64,000 bases of DNA from Blastocladiella emersonii ATCC 22665. Taxonomy: Eukaryota; Fungi; Blastocladiomycota. The DNA is taken from NCBI GenBank assembly GCA_025594325.1, contig JANHCV010000001.1, forward strand, positions 186,001 to 250,000, given 5' to 3'. The translations under genes and the position numbers were made by a program. Below the pieces are notes generated by a model. That model did not search any database. It had not been told where the DNA came from and saw only the letters and a list, made by a program, of their open reading frames with translations. This document shows positions 23,330-35,015 of the stretch, piece after piece. Position 1 is the first letter of the stretch, and every line of letters begins with the position of its first letter.

Positions 23330-25512
23330 ATGCCAAAGAGTGATACCGCTAAGAGCCTGGACGGCGGCGACGGCGTCGGCGAGGAAATGGCGCAGGAGGA
23401 GGTCACAGCCGAGCTCGACTTTGCGTTTCACGACCTGTCCTCCCACGCCGCTGTATTCCGCTCACGGCTTATCGAAGAGTTCCAGCTCCTCGAGAACATG
23501 AGCATGTCTGGAGGCAATGCGCTCCCGCCGCAGTACAATTCGCGCGACGTGCGCGACCCGTCCATGTTGAGCAAGATCTTGAACGAGGCGCCCGACCAGC
23601 TCGTCAAGTTCCAGGCTTTCAAACGCTCGCGCATGACAGAAGCAATTGATCGCCGACTGACGCGCATTCGGAACAAGGACAAGGTCCCGATCGGCGCGTG
23701 GGCTGGGTACGCGTCCTGGAGTGACGACTCGTCGCGGCAACTGACTGCAGTGAATCGAAATCGTAGCTGGGTCGTGCAATCGTCGGTTTTTCAAAACTTC
23801 CTTCTCATCATCATCGTTTTGAACGCAATCATGGTCGGCGTCGTCGCAGGTACGGCCTGCACGTTTATGAAAGAACGACATCGACGTACTCACTGCCCCG
23901 AGCCCCGTAGAGCTCACGGACACCCAGGAAGATCACGTCACGCTCTTCCAGGCCATTGACATCCTCGATAAGCTTTCGCTCGTCGTGTTCTTTCTCGAAA
24001 TCTTCCTCAAATGGCTCGACAACTTTGCGCGGTTCTGGACGGACGCGTGGAACGTGTTTGATTTCTCAGTCACCGTCGGAACCACCGTGCCCGAGCTCAT
24101 CGAGGCGTTTGGCGGTGCCTCGGTCGGCAATATCCGGCTGGTCGTGCGCCAGCTCCGCACCTTTCGCATCCTACGTGCTTTGAAGCTCGCCGTGCGGTTC
24201 AGCAGCTTGCGGATCATCGTGGTCACGATTATCGAGGCATTCCGCTCCATGGCGCTCATCATGGTCCTCCTATTCCTGGTCATCTTTATTTTCGCCGTCA
24301 TCGGCGTGTACCTGTGCGAGCCCATGGCGCGGTCCAACATCGACTCAAAGTACAAGTACTCGTTTGCGTACGTGGCTCGACTTTCTGGGTCGACGACTTT
24401 GCTCACTGACCATCACTTGTCTATAGGACGCTCGGAGCTAGCCTGGAGGTTCTGTTCCAGTTCCTTACGCTCGATAACTGGGGCGACGTGGTCGACGACT
24501 TGATCAAGGTCATCGATCCGCTTCCGATTTACCTGTTCGCGATCGCGTGGATCTTTTTCGGTGCCATCACGATGCGCAACACATTCACTGCCGTGCTCGG
24601 TCCGTCACTTTCATCCCGTACCTCGGACCCTCCACCACTGACCCTCTTCCTAGTCTCAAACTTTGACCGCATCAGCCGCGAGCTGCAGGAGCGACACCAG
24701 GAGCAGGTCAAGGCCAAGAAGATGGACCAGATGCGACGCCGCCTCAAGAAGGAGCTCGACCTCGCCAAGTCCAATATGAAGGCCACGTCCATGTACGGCT
24801 GCGTTCTGCGCTTTTCCCCGACACTGCTAACACGGCTTCTCGTGTAGAAACAATTTCAACGAGGCGAGCGCTGGCGGCTCGGGTGTCGACCGTCCGCGGA
24901 CCGCCCGGATCGCTCCGTCGTACGTTTTTCACGAATCAGGTTACTGTCCTGACAACTGACTTCTGGTTTGGTTTTGATTAATGTAGCTCACCGAACTCGC
25001 GCCCGACGTCTTCGCGCGGCATTTCGGGCGCGACTTCCCCAAGCACCGGATTCAGCCGTGGCGAGCTCGCGAGCGAAGCATCCCGCGCAGGCCTCAGCGA
25101 GATTCCGAGCAGGCCCACGTCACCGCCGCAGGGATCTCGCGGTGCCGGCGCGAGTGACGACGCAGCGATGCGCGAGGACGGGGGCCAGGATGGAAGCCAG
25201 CAACTCGTCGACAACATCCAGCTTCTCCTGACGCAGGCGCACGGCGTGTCCAAGGGCTGGGAGCAGACCATCCGCGAGACGCTCACGGCACTCAGCGCCA
25301 AGTCCGAGGAGACCATGTGGCCGCGCGACACGCTGTTCCGGTACTTTCAGCTCATGGAGTCGCTCCAGGAGAATATGCGCGAATACCAAGAGCTGCAGAT
25401 GATGGCCAGTACGCGTAATTGGTGTGTTCGCCCCCGCACGTGCGACAATCTGACTCGCAAACCGCCCGACGAATCTGTAGATTCCGTGCTCGTCGAGTTC
25501 CAGGACACATGA
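23330..25512 (+). CDS. CATSPER2: CatSper2-type sperm/flagellar Ca2+ channel alpha subunit, eight exons
   Basis: HAAVFRSRLIEEFQLLENM, GAWAGWVVQSSVFQNF, S4 RQLRTFRILRALK, pore QFLTLDNW and C-terminal WPRDTLFRYFQLMESLQ. These correspond to CatSper2 hallmark segments as I recall them (RSRLIDTFSLIEHL, SLWAGWVL, TLDHW, WPRDSLFRYFELLEKLQ). All seven introns splice in frame. Confidence 0.85.
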
Positions 25513-25812
25513 TTTGGTCAATAAAACTAGGCTCTCATGAGACCCGCTGAAACATTTTTTTGCGGCTGTGAGCGGAAGAGCGCGCGTGCATGCGCAGAAC
25601 TCCGAGAGCTTGCGGAGCGCGAGACAGCGGGAGACGCGTTCCAATATCACGTGAGCGTCGCGACGCGTCGCACTTGAGCGCCTCGGACGCGATTGCCGAA
25701 CGATGTAGCCGTGTCTCCGTGTGAGGGGTACCGGGACACTTGAGCCATGAATCTCCAAGTACATGCAACGCGCGAAATCATACCGCCGAGGCAGCGTCGC
25801 CGCTTCGCCAAT

Positions 25813-28800
25813 ATGTCGCTGCACCGCCTCGTCCTTCTTTCCTTTGGGATAGTCTTGGCCTGCTTCACGGCTCAGGCCCGGGCGGTCAAGGTCCGGGTGC
25901 TCATGGATCAGAGTACGTCGGCGACTGTGGGATTCGGCAGCCGTGCAGCCGAAACTTTGCTGACGCTTGTGCGCAAGTGACGCTAAATAACACGTATGAC
26001 ATGCTGGTCCACGAGCAAGCGACTGTCAACTTTACGAGGCGGTCCGGAATTGAGGTGGAGTTCATTTATCACGTACGTCCGTTCCGTTCGTTCACGTGCT
26101 GAACTCGATCACTCGCTAGTGTCCTAACTCCCCTGTGGAACCGTGTAGACATCAGCGCTGGCCGTGGGTGCGATTTAATGGTACTTGTGGCCGGCCGCCA
26201 TTTGGCACTGACGTCCCGGATTCCTCACGCATAGAGATGATGGCCGCGATACAGGCGTACTTCGACTCGAACAGCACCTATGTGGACATTATGAGTCTCG
26301 ACGGTACGCACCTGTCATTTCTTGCTGCAGCCGTCCGCACTGAGCACTAATCCGTCGACCAACAGTTGTTTGGACGGGCATGTTCGAGCCCAACCTCGTG
26401 CCCCTCAACTCGCGCATTCCCGCGAGCAGGCTGGCTCAGTACCACCCGACCGTCATCTCGGCCGCCTACGTGCGCGATAAGCTCGTCGCGCTCCCCGACA
26501 AGGTCGATTTCGGCGTTCTCTACAGCCGGTCCGACATTCTCGCCAAGTACGGCTACACAAAACCCCCAGAGACGGTGCGTTCTTCTCTCGTCATGTGCTT
26601 GCTTGACGACTCACCAAGGCCGCGCCATGTAGTGGGACGAGATGGAGAAGATGATGGCGACCATCCTGCCCGAGGAGACCAAGATCCGGCCCGAGCTCAT
26701 GGGATTCATCGGCCAGATAAAGCCGTACGAGGGCCTGACGTGCAACATCATGGAGTGGCTCGTCAGTGAGGGCGCCGGCCCGATCGTCGACCCCATGGGT
26801 GCGCTCCCGGCCTTTGGCAAGGGTCCGCTCGTCGACAAGATGCGGAACGTCGCGACGCGCATGCGGCGGTGGATGAAGCGCGGTTACATCGGCCCCGCGT
26901 CCATTGGCAGCGCCGAGTTCGACTCCTCACTCATGTTTGCGGCGGGCCGCTCCCTGTTCCACCGCAACTGGCCGTTCGTCACCGCGATCATGGCCGACGC
27001 CAACGTCAACTGGACGTGGACCATGTCGCGGCTTCCCGGCGCGATTCCCGGCATGACGGCCGGCGCGCTCGGCGGCGCCGTGTGGGGCGTGTCCAAGTAC
27101 TCGTCCAACGTCGATGCCGCGGTCCAGGTGCTCCAGTTCCTGTCGTCGACCGAGTTCCAGAAGGCGCGCGCGGTCGCGTTCGGCAATCCGCCGTCCATCA
27201 CGTCGCTCTACACCGGTACGTGCATGTGAGCCGCGTTGCTGTTCCTCTAGTCTCACGCGCTGCGACCCCGTAGACCCCGATGTGCGCGCCGTGCTTCAGT
27301 ATCCCGACCTGTTCCTCAGCATTACGGTACGCGATCCCTTTGCTGCGCTCCAAAGCCCTCTCACACTCATCTCGCCGTGATCTAGCCCGCTCCGCGCCCA
27401 GCCGGCATCTCGGGGCCCAACTACGACGACGTTTCAGGCGCCATTTACAGCAACTGGTTCGACGCGCTCATCGGCGTGAAGCCCGTCGACGAGGCGCTCG
27501 ATACCATGCACCGCAGCATCGCCCGGATCGTCGGCATCGACATTCTCGGCGCCCCGACCAACGTCGTTTTCGGTGACCCGCTGGCCGTGACCATGGTCGC
27601 GCTCACACTGGCGGGCCTCGCTGGGACCGTGATCATCGCGCTACACCTCGTCGCCCTTCGTAACCGCGCCGAGATCAAGAAGGCCGCGCCCATCTTCATG
27701 CACGTTGCGCTCGTCGGCATTGCCATCACGTACACGAGCGTCTTCGTCTACGTCGAGCTCCCGACCCGGGCAACGTGCGCGCTGCAGCCCATCATCCTCT
27801 CCGTCGGGTTCACCGTGACCATGGGCACCATGCTGCTCAAGAACTTTCGGATCTGGTACGACTTCGGTTGCTAGTGACTCTGCCTCGCGTGCGTGCTCAC
27901 AAACTCTGGTCCGCTCGTAGGAAAATCATGAACAACCCGTACAGCAAGCGCATCCGCCTTCCGAACCGCACGCTCTTTATTTGGCTCGGCGGCCTGCTGG
28001 GCGTGGACGCGCTTCTCTTCGTTCTGTGGATGGCCATCGACCCGCCAGTCCCGACCGACGTCAAGCTCGCGTCGTCGCGGTACACGGCGTGCCTGAGCAG
28101 CAGCTCCGGATTCCAGAGCGCCATGGTCGGGCTCCTGTACGCGTACAAGACGGCGCTGCTGCTCGCCAGTCTGTGGGTCGCCCTGCAGACACGGCGTGCC
28201 GGCAAGGGCTTCAGCGAGTCCAAGACGATCGGTTTCGGCGTGTATAACGTGGCCCTCATCTCCATCATCGCCGTCCCGCTGAGCTACATGGACGGGCTCA
28301 CCCAGGCGTACCAGTTCGGTGTCCGGTCCATCGCGATCCTGCTCGCCACGTCGACGCTCGAGCTCACGTACTTTTTGCCGAAGCTGTGGGCCGAGTACCG
28401 CGCGCCGTCGACCAAGCCGACGCGCGAGGCCCGCGGCGACAACAACAACCCGGCAGCGGGTCCCGCGGCCTCGTTCCAGGCGGGCGCCGCCGCGCTGTTC
28501 TCGCCCGTCGCCGGCACCCCGCTCGGCGGCAGCCCGCTCGCCATCACCAAGTCGACGGGGCTCATTGCTGCTCCAGGCGGCGGCGGCGGGAACGCACACG
28601 TCGTCCACGGCAGCACCCACGACTCGGTGTCGGCGTCCACGGCCGCCGCGGCCGCTGCCGGGTTCATCTCGCGCGACCTTGGGTTCGCGCGCGAGGGCAT
28701 CCTCAGCTTTCGCGCGGCGCCGAGCCGCCTCCGTCTTCAGCTCGCTCCATGGAAGCCTGCTCGCGCGATTCTGCTGCCAGGACTCGGGATCTGGGTCTTC

Positions 28801-29305
28801 CATCACCTCCAACCGGTATGCGCGAGTGGGAGCGGTCTCGTCCGAGACCCTTGATACTGACTTTTTCTGCGTGTAGCCTTCGACGTCCGACTCCACGACC
28901 ATCGCGCTCGACTCGATCTACGAGATTTCGATGCGTAATGACGCGAGCGCGCTGCTCGAGTCGGCGTCGCCCGCGTCGAGCGGCAACGGACCCGACGGGC
29001 AGAGCGTGATTGGCGTGCGCAGCAACGAGAGCACGTCCGTGGCCGTCGGCGCGCGGTTCATGGTGCGTGCGGCCGGCGAGGTGTTCGAGGTCATGGCGGT
29101 CTCGGCCAACGAAGCCAGCACCTGGGTTGCGGCCGTGTCGGCGGCGCGCAGGGCGGCGAACAGCGAGGGCTGCGGCATGGGGAGCACCGAGGTCGCGCTG
29201 CCGGCCACGGGCAAGGCGCGGTCTGCGTCCAAGGCCGGGCTCGCGCCTGGCGGTGCGCGGACGGCCAAGGTCAAGCAGACCAAGTCCGCGACCCACGACG
29301 ACTGA
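25813..29305 (+). CDS. Class C-type (7tm_3) GPCR with signal peptide, bacterial-type sugar-binding ectodomain and C-terminal PH-like domain
   Basis: Signal peptide MSLHRLVLLSFGIVLACFTAQARA. Solute-binding motifs VDIMSLD.VWTG, KYGYTKPPETWDEM, GQIKPYEGLTCNIMEW, ALGGAVWGVSKYS. 7TM motifs IKKAAPIFM, C.LQPIILSVGF...LLKNFRIW, FSESKTIGFGVYN. Tail REGIL...WK...FEVMAVSANEASTWVAAV. About ten exons; the small exon near 26120-26180 is uncertain. Confidence 0.8.
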
Positions 29306-29350
29306 TTGTTGGGTTGTCAATTGAACTAGCTATATTTTCACAACTACTAC

Positions 29351-32300
29351 TTAGCGCGGACCCCTTGGGTTGCCGCCTTTCCGGTTTCCTCCTTTCTGCT
29401 GCGGCTTCTTGCCCGGCTTCTTGACTTCGGTGAACGGGATCGCCTCCTGCGCCGCGTCGCGCGCGGGCGGCGACGCCGGGGGCTGCGGGGGTGCCGCGGG
29501 CGCGTCGTCGAGGCTCGCGGCGATCGCGCGCGCGAGGTCCGTCTGCTCGTCCTCGACCGCCTGCGCGTTGCCCTGGATCGTGACGGGGCCGGCGGGCTTG
29601 GGCTCGGCGGCAGCCGCGACTGGCGCAGGGACGGTAGCGGGAGCAGCAGCGGGCGATGCCGCCCGGGTCTCGCCCGCAGGCCGGCTCGCTGGGCGGGCGG
29701 CGGGCGCGGGCTTGAGCGCGATGCGGCGGCCGTTGCTGGCGACGAGCGGGTGGCGCTCGATGAGGTCGGCGCACTCGTAGAAGAGGAGGTACGGCTCGCG
29801 GTCGTTCTTGGCGTTGAGCACGTCGGCTGTGGAGACGCGCGCCAGGTCCGTGTCGTCCATGCGGACCCAGGTGCCGTCCTGCTCCGACTCGAGCACGTCG
29901 CACGTGTAGTGGCCGCCGCCCGCGGTGCGCCCGTGGTGGTACACGACGGCGAACAGGCGGAACTTGGAGTGCGGGCCCGGGAGCGGGTGGGCGCCCGCAG
30001 CAGCGGCAGCACCGCCGTGCGTGGTGCGCGTGGGCGAAATGGGCGTGAGCGCCGACCGCGGGGTGAACCCGGCGCGGGTGGGTGACGAGCTGCGGGACCG
30101 CGTCGAGGCGGCAGCAGCGGCGTGGCGGACGCGCTGCGCCCACAGCTGCGGCTCGAGGTCGAGGTAGGCGGGCACGTCGACGTGCTTGGTGAGCTTGACC
30201 GTGTCGTGCGTGTTGTGGTCGTACAGGAACCGCTTGAGGTGCAGGACGAGGACGGGCGGGACGCGCTCGAGCTGCGCCTGCTTGGTCACCTCGGGCACGA
30301 TGCGGCCGCCGGCCGCCGGGTACTCGGTGATGATCTCGGGCTTGATGAGCGTGCGCAGGGCCTCCTGGACCGACGACACGTCCTCGGGCGTGATGTCGAG
30401 CTGCAGCGACTGGAACGGCTCGATCGTGACCGAGTCCTTCTGCCCGGGCACGCACAAGGTGCTGCGAATGCGGCCCGAGAAGAGGCGCGTGATCGGGGAC
30501 TCGGTCGCCTGCACGCTGCGCGTCACGGCGGTGCGGTGCTTGCCGTGCCCGTGGCTGACCTCGAGCCACTCGCCGTCATCGCCCGAGGCGCCGTTCCCGT
30601 TGCCGTTGAGCGATGAGGTGCTGCCCGACCGCTGCTTGGCGGCGAGCGCAGCCGCCTCCTCGGCCTCAGCGGCCGCCTTCATGGCGGCGACAAACTCGAG
30701 GTGCAGGCCGTCGAGCAGGAACCCGAGGAACTCCTCGGCGTCCTCCTGGCGGCCCTTGACGAGCGCCATCTTGCGCTGTGCGCGGACCACGTCGTAGATG
30801 GGCTCGGGGAGCAGACTGCTCGACTTGGTCTCGGGGACAGCCGCAGTCACCGCCGTGGATGGGGTCCCGGCACGCTCGCGGCTCCGGCCGCGGCCGTTGG
30901 TGGCCGCCGCCTCGGAGGCGGCAGCTGCGGCCGCAGCGACGATCTTCTTGGCGTCCTCGTCCGTGTACTCCTTGAAGAAGTCGACAAAGGCCTCGACGAG
31001 GCGGTTGTTGTCGCGCATGCTGCGGGCGACGCGGGTGTTGATGGTGCGCAGCAGGTTGCGGAACGGCGGCGAGTGGAGCAGCGGCTGCAGGATTACGTTG
31101 AGGAAGCACATGTTCCCGTTGTTGATGAGGCCGCGCGGCGGGATGGTGGTGCCGGCAAACTCGTCCGTGTACGACTTGGCGAGCTCAGCGAGCGACACGA
31201 AGCCGGCCTTGGGCAGGCCCGACACGGTCGCGGGCGCGGGCTTGGCGGGCTCGGCGGCCGTGGTCGGGCGGACGAGCGAGGCCCACGACATGGCGGTCTT
31301 GGGTGCCGCGGCGGAGGCAGGCGCAGGCGCGGGGCCAGCGGCGTCGGCCGAGGGAGTGGAGGCAGCCTCGCCGGCGGCGGGCGCATCGACGGGCTCCGTC
31401 TTGGTGGTCTCCGACTTGGAGGTACCAGCGGGCGCAGCAGGCTTAGCGGCCAGCTCCGTCTTGGGCGCAGCGACGGGCTTGCCGGGCGACTCGGACTTCG
31501 AGGCGGGGACCGTAGCCGACTTGGTCGCGGGCGACGCGGGCTTGGAGGAAGCTGAGCTCGACTTGGTCGCTGCGGGCACGGCCGCGGCCAGGGCGGCCCA
31601 GACGGGCGCGGCGGCGGGCTTGCCCGTGAACGACTGCGGGGTGGGGAACTCGTCCTTGACCTCGACCGGCTTGGGCGCGGGCGCCGCGGTCTCCTTGGCG
31701 GGCGACTCCTTGACGGGGTTCGACGCGACGGCGGCCCACGAGGAAACAGCGGGCGCGGTCTTGGGCACCGCGGGGACGGGCGGGACCGGGGCCGACGGGG
31801 CAGCGGGCTCGGCGTTCTTACCGCGCGAGCGGGACCGCGGCTTGGTGGTCGAGGTTGCGGTGGAAGCGGGCTCGGCGACGGGCGCGTGCTTGCCGTTCGC
31901 GCGCTCGGGCTTGGAGGCGGCGCGCGAGTTGTTGGCCGACGGCTTGGTGGCGGTCGGCTGCGCGGGCGGAGCATCGCGACCGCGGGGCTGCTCGGCCGAG
32001 ATCGCGGCGGCGGCAGCAGCAGCCTTGCGCGACGCAGGAGTCGGCACGGGCGAGGGCACGATGGTCTTGGGCGGGGCCGAGGCAGTGGAGGCGGGAGCCG
32101 GGGCCGACAGCGACGAGGGAGGCGGGGGCGGGGGAGGGACGGCACCCCACGCGGAGGGCGCCTTGGGCGCCTTGGCCTTGGAGGCAGGTGCCGACGGCGA
32201 CGCGGAGGACATCGGGGTAGTGGGAGTCGCGGGCGTTGCGGGCGTCGACGGGGCGGCTGAGTGGGCAGGGGCACGCTTATTTGGCGGCTCGGTGGGGGCG

Positions 32301-33120
32301 GGCGACGACTTGACGGCGGCGGCGGGAGCGACGGGAGCAGCGGCGGGCTTCGCGTCGGCAGGGACGGCCGGCTTTGGGGGAAGCGAGGCCGGTTTCGGTG
32401 CAGGAGCAGGGATCGGCTTCGCAGCCACGGGCGAAGTAGGGAGCGCGGCAGCGGCCGGGGGAGCAGCCGCGGCCGCGGGAGGAGGGACGGGGGCAGACAC
32501 GGGTGCGGCGATCGCGACCGGTTTGGAGAAGGAGGGGATGAAGGGAGCGGCAGCTGCGGAGAGCGAGGCGCTCAACGGCTTGGTGGAGGTGGGCGAGGTG
32601 GCGGCCTTGCCGGCCTTGCCCTTGGACTTTGGCAGGGCACCGACGCCAAAGGTCTGCGAGGCGGGGAGGTTGGTGGGCGGCTGGACGAGGAACTCGACGG
32701 GGGCGGCGGCCTTGCCCGCGTGGCAGCCGTCCCGCCAGCGCTTGACGAAGCGGCGGCGGCGGACGGGCTCAAGCGGTTCCTAGAACGAGCGGAGCAAGGC
32801 GATCGGGTTGGTTAGCCGGCCGGCAGATGTGGTGCGAGAACAGAGTAAGCACGGACCACGAGCTCGGTCGGGACGTAGTGGGTGGGCGCGTCGGACATGT
32901 AGGGGAACTGCGAGAGGAGCGCGTGCTGGAGGTGCTGCTGCTGCTGGTGATGGTGGAACATCTGCGACTGCTGGAAGTGCATCTGGTGCGAGTGTGCGTG
33001 GGCGTGGGCCTGGGCCTGAGCATGGGCGTGGGCGTGCTGGAGGTGGTGCTGCTGCTGCATCGGCGACTGCTGCGGGTAGCTCATGCCGGCGGCAACGGCC
33101 AGGAAGTGCGACGGGTACAT
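29351..33120 (-). CDS. UBP3: Ubiquitin-specific protease UBP3/USP10
   Basis: Cys box PRGLINNGNMCFLNVILQ, QEDAEEFL, His box YHHGRTAGGGHY and PAM2-like SLSAAAAPFIPS. His/Gln-rich exon 1 starts at ATG 33120; intron near 32860-32780. Confidence 0.85.
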
Positions 33121-33825
33121 GGTGGCGGGCGGTACAGGGGAACACGGGTCGCAGGGGGAAAAGGTGGCATGGGATGCGGAGCGAGGCGGGGCGCTTGGTG
33201 GCGGCAGGGCGGCGCGATCCGAGTGATGGCAGCGTCGGTGTAGCACAGATCGGGCAGGACGGTCGGCTTGGGGACGGTCGAGAACAGCCAAAGTCGCGAA
33301 GGGGCGGATCAGCAGGTCGGCGCCAGCGCGGAACGAGGGATCGGTTGCCGCGCGCGGGTACGGCGATCAGGCAGGCCGGGAGCGCGGCGAAGAGGGGGGT
33401 ATTGGGCCGGTAGATGGCGGGATTCGGCGCGGCGGGGCGCTCGAGCCGGCCGGGCGTGGTAGGCGGGCGGGGCGGCCTTGGGGGGACGGGCGGTCGTCGC
33501 AGGCGGCGCGGGTCCGAGGGCGAGCGGTTGCGCCGGGTGGGTGCGTGTGCTCGACTGGCGCTCGCAGGGCGGCTAGTCGGGGTGGCGGCAGACGGCTTAG
33601 GGGGCGGCGGGGGCAGCGGGGCGGGGAGGAGGGGCGGGGCGAAGAGGGGCGGGCCGGGACCGACGCGAAGGGCGGCGACTCGATCCGGCGGCCGACCTGC
33701 TCACGCGTCACCTGACCCCACGCGCGTGTCTCGCACCCGGATCGCCGACGCGTCGCGCCGCGCGCTTTCGCCTTCGTCGCCGCCGAGTCGAGCCCACTGC
33801 TCGGCGACCAACTGAACTTTAAACC

Positions 33826-34949
33826 ATGTTATCGCCACGCAACACTGCCGGAATGTAGGCGCATCTGCTGCCCGAGACTCGTTCGTCGATGCTGACCTGA
33901 CGGCCCACGGCGCGACCGTAGCGACGAGACGTCGCGCTTCGTCCGCGCCCTCGTCAACGACACCGAGTCGAACGTGCTCAACCTCCGCAATGGCTTCGCG
34001 AGCCTGCTGCGCGCCCAGGAGCGCATGCGCGCCAAGGGCAACAAGCTGTCCAACGTCATGAAGGTCTTTGCCGAGCGCGAGACCCCCGGCGTCAAGTCCT
34101 GCCTCACCGCCACGGCCGAGGGTATCGCCGAGGTGGAGAAGCTGCGCAAGGAGATGGTATGCCCTGAACGTTCTCGACGCGCTTTCGGCTGCCGGCTCAC
34201 GTTTCCTCGCTCGCTGCTGTAGCAGGACCGCATTGACGTCAAGTGTCGCGAGCCGCTCGGCATGTACGCGTCCATTTGCGACGGCGTTCTGGTACCTTCT
34301 GCTTTCGTGCATTGCATCGCGCCCTGTTCTCACATCACTCCCACCACTAGGACGACCTGAAAGTGCGCGAGGTCGCGATCCGCAAGGAGCAGGAGAAGCA
34401 GTCTGCTCTCGACCGCATCCAGGTCCGCGACAGCGGGAACCGCACGAAGCTGGTACGCGCTCGGACCCGTCCACCCCACTTCGCTTCGTACCAACCCTCA
34501 CGCTTGCGTAGTCGCAAGGCCAGATTGAGCTCTCGGGTGCCAACCACGAGGCCAACACGAGCAGCCTCGCCCTGACCGACACGGTCGAGCGCTTCGAGCT
34601 CAAGAAGGTCAACGACATTCGGGTACGACCTCTGCTCACGCGTCCGTCCCCTGCGCAACATCGCACCGCTGAAACTGCCACATCGCGCCGCCTAGACGTG
34701 TCTCTCCGAGTTCATGTATTCGCAGATGCAGTTCCACGCAAAGTCGCTCGAGATCATGACCGACCTCATGGCCCTCGTCAACGCGACCGACTTTGACAAC
34801 GACGTTGACGTACGCACCGTGTCGACTTGACTCCGAATGTCGGACTCGCTACTCACACCCTGGTCCCCGCTCTATAGGATGTCTGCGACCGGATCCGGCC
34901 CGCGCCACCAAAGGAGCAGCGCAGACCCAGCATGGCGCCTCGCATCTGA
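33826..34949 (+). CDS. CIBAR1: FAM92/CIBAR ciliary transition-zone BAR-domain protein, multi-exon
   Basis: Spliced product ...RMRAKGNKLSNVMKVFAERETPGVKSCL...EPLGMY...DDLKVRE...FELKKVNDIRTCLSEFMYSQMQFHAKSLE parallels FAM92A (RLRDKAD..ETPHLK..EPLKTY..DDLK..FERQKMKDIKTIFSEF...FHGKALE). Confidence 0.8.
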
Positions 34950-35015
34950 TCCCATCTTCACTCGATTCTGATACACGTAATGGACTAAATTGTATTACAG
35001 TACGCTACCTACGCA

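Noticed and set aside
30798-32783. Long antisense or alternative-frame ORFs (also 15347..16879, 15813..17774, 42291..43523, 53644..55398, 61938..63896)
   Set aside because: They overlap well-supported genes and have no domain content. They are expected shadows of high GC3 codon bias, which removes stop codons from other frames.
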